A DNA stretch of 63,857 nucleotides, the filler included, from Folioceros fuciformis (taxonomy: Eukaryota): assembly GCA_049999805.1 (NCBI GenBank). It is 9 parts of 9 records of this genome, joined end to end, with 100 filler letters (N's around TTAATTAATTAA, not from the genome) between each part and the next. Parts side by side here need not be neighbours in the genome. Positions count along the whole stretch, not along the records: positions 60,665 to 63,857 come from JBNGIO010005347.1; 8 more parts are not named here. One strand, 5' to 3'. Of the stretch, positions 61,441 through 63,857 are shown one piece after another (position 1 is the first letter of the stretch; each line of letters starts with the position of its first letter). The notes under the pieces were generated by a model, which saw only the letters and a program-made list of their open reading frames with translations, did no database searches and was not told where the DNA came from. A program made the translations under genes and the position numbers.

Positions 61441-61818
61441 TGAGTTGATGAGTGTATGTGTAGGACTTGTTTCCAACCATTTCAGAGCTAGGGAGCACAC
61501 TAGCTAGACCACACCTAGGAAAACCATGTTGTGCTAACAACCCAAGAACACCAAGCATTGAAGGTCTATCCTTAGGTGTCATGGACACGGCCATGCCCAC
61601 ATCTTCTTATGCAAACATGAATTTACAACTAGCAAACAAGACTTTGTCATCTTCTACTGCTCTTGTCATTTGCTCCTGCTTATACATAGTTGGGGCTATA
61701 GTGATTATGTTCCTCCCAACTACCACTCTTGCCACTATTTCTCTCATACTTTGCCTTGCATTGTGCTGGTTTTTGTAAGACTTCCCCACATTCTGTATTT
61801 GAAAAACGAAAGATGTGT

Positions 61819-62030
61819 CTTAAAGTGGAAGCGTCTTTTGTCCATCCATGTAATCACAAAAATGGTATATGTACACACATTCATGATTCCAGCAAGCAAT
61901 AATGAAAACTGCCTGGTTCGATATACCAATGCCAAATCTATGACTTAAAGTGGAAGCATCTTTTTGTTCATCCATGTAATCACAAAATGGTATATGTACA
62001 CACATTCATGATTCCAGCAAGCAATAATGA
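61819..62030. repeat. About 126-bp tandem duplication
   Basis: CTTAAAGTGGAAGC...CAAGCAATAATGAA at about 61819 and 61945. Confidence 0.8.
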
Positions 62031-62411
62031 ATGATTTTGCCATGTAGACTAATGTTGTACCATCTTCTCATGCAAGCAATGCAACCACNNNNNNNNNNNN
62101 NNNNNNNNNNNNNNNNNNNNNNNNNNNNNNNNNNNNNNNNNNNNNNNNNNNNNNNNNNNNNNNNNNNNNNNNNNNNNNNNNNNNNNNNCGATATACCAAT
62201 GCCAAATCTAACAGAAACTATGCTTCAGGTGCGTTTGTTCCAATAGCTACATGCTCCATGCTTGAGGTGTGTTTGTTCCAGCAGCTACATGCTCCATAAA
62301 TGATCACTCCTTCTTCTGCTTAGAATGCTTCCAACTACTTTTCGTTTCCCAAAATGCAAGCTTCCTTTTTAAGCTGTTATCAGAATTGGTAGGATCAACC
62401 AAGCTAGGAAG

Positions 62412-62662
62412 TGTAGGCAACATGGTCTTCACTGCAAAGTGAAGCCTAGGAATAGTCTAGCGTCAGCTAGTCAACAACTAGGTTAAGTTAAATAAGTTTT
62501 AGCTAGGGCTAGATAGCCTAATGTGAAAAGACACATAATCACAAAATACCTAACCGCCATAGTGTATGGCATAAGCCACAAGACATTGCTTTTGTTATTC
62601 ACTATTGCAGACAATCATTCTCAATGTAAGATGCTTCTCTTGTTTTTGTATGGTATCAGAGC
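62412..62662 (+). mobile_element. Probable 5' LTR plus PBS of another LTR element
   Basis: Exact TGGTATCAGAGC at 62651-62662. A candidate LTR starts TGTAGG at 62412 but lacks a CA end. Confidence 0.5.
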
Positions 62663-63524
62663 AAGGTGGTAAGCGATGCCATGGAGAGGAGGAGATTGTG
62701 GTCTTTCCTTCTTCTTTTTTTTGAAACAAAAAAAATGAAAAAAGGAAAATGTGAGCAATAAATCCTTGTGAGCAACAAGCCGGGATGCATCACACCTCTT
62801 ATGGCCAACGGGTTTTTTTTTTCTTATCTGTGCCGTGGAATTCAAGGAGCACTCGGCCGTGTCCATGAGATCGGAGGTGTGATGCCATAGCGTAGCACGG
62901 TACGACGATGGCGTGGTGCTCCATGGTAGTGAGCGCCCGTTTCCTTTGAGGCCCTGATGCACAAGGTGCGAGGCGAGGTAATGAATCTCAGGCTACACAG
63001 ATGTCTCTCCAGGCTGCCGATTCACATGGATGGACAAGGAACCAACCACGGCAACATCTGCGGCAGCAATTGAGGCAGGGAATCAAACCCTGCAGCGGCG
63101 CGGCAGCAAATTTATGGCACGATTGAGCGTGGTTGTGAGGGCTCCGCTCCCTACCAACTGTAGGCACAAACCGGCCTGGTGTTCTTGGATGGTTGCGGAG
63201 CAGAATCCGGCCGCGGCAGCATCGAATAGAGCAGGAGCAAGCCGTGGATGCACCAGCCGGGGCAGGTGTAGGCCGCGGTGGCAACAATCTCAAGCAGAAT
63301 CAGGCCTGGCAGAGACATGACAGCAATCGATGGCAAACTCAAGCACCGGCGGCAAGGACTGAAGGCAGAATCAGGCCATGGTGACAGCACTTTCTTTTTT
63401 TTTCGATGGAGCAACTTCGGCGGCAGCAATCAGACCGTCACTTGGTGCTCCTGCACACGAGGCTGTGCATCTTTGATGGTTCCGCCCGATGGCGCCAACC
63501 TTGTGTTGAATTCATGGCACAACG

Positions 63525-63857
63525 TGTGGAGGCGAAACCCCGGGCACTGATTGCCCACGGGTTCCACCTTTAGTGGCCACTCTTATCCCACTGTCGTTGA
63601 GACATTGGGTTTTGTTCCCACGAAGGAGCGATGGGGTTCCTTGCTGTTGTGGATGGAGGGTCGGACTTGATCGACTCGATGATGGATTCGAGGGCTCCCC
63701 TCCAGCTCTAATCAGGCGTAGGACAGGCCTCGCTGTCCGGCGGTCAGCTGCACCTCTCTCAGTGCCCACAAACTCACTCCAGTCACTACAACGACCCTAA
63801 CCTCTTAGATTCTGCGACTTCCCTCACTCACTTCACTTACTCTCTCACTCCAGCACC
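63525..63857. repeat. Dispersed repeat family C (runs off the window)
   Basis: Homologous to 46054-46480. Confidence 0.7.

Overview
Eukaryotic (land-plant) nuclear DNA, mostly transposon-derived. It consists of nine segments joined by eight artificial 100-nt N/TTAATTAATTAA/N linkers, so adjacency across those linkers is not evidence. Host genes: two convergent PLS-class PPR genes with E1/E2 and a truncated 'WW-type' PG box (PGQSWW), and a partial U-box/ARM E3 ligase gene (PUB43/44-like). The WW signature suggests a hornwort or another seed-free plant (inference). The mobile DNA includes six copies of one Tork/Tnt1-like Copia LTR (one a solo LTR with TSD), a full-length Copia nested in a Tork-like integrase (TSD GAAGC), a gag-protease-only LTR element (TSD GAAAT), an integrase-deleted Copia, Gypsy pol with long ORF-bearing terminal repeats, L1 and CRE-like non-LTR remnants, and Harbinger-, Sola-like and RPA/Helitron-like remnants. 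The most unusual signal is a decayed prokaryote-type beta-class N6A/N4C DNA methyltransferase gene (about 52747-53688) facing a Harbinger transposase remnant. All family assignments are from motif recognition by eye; no searches were run.
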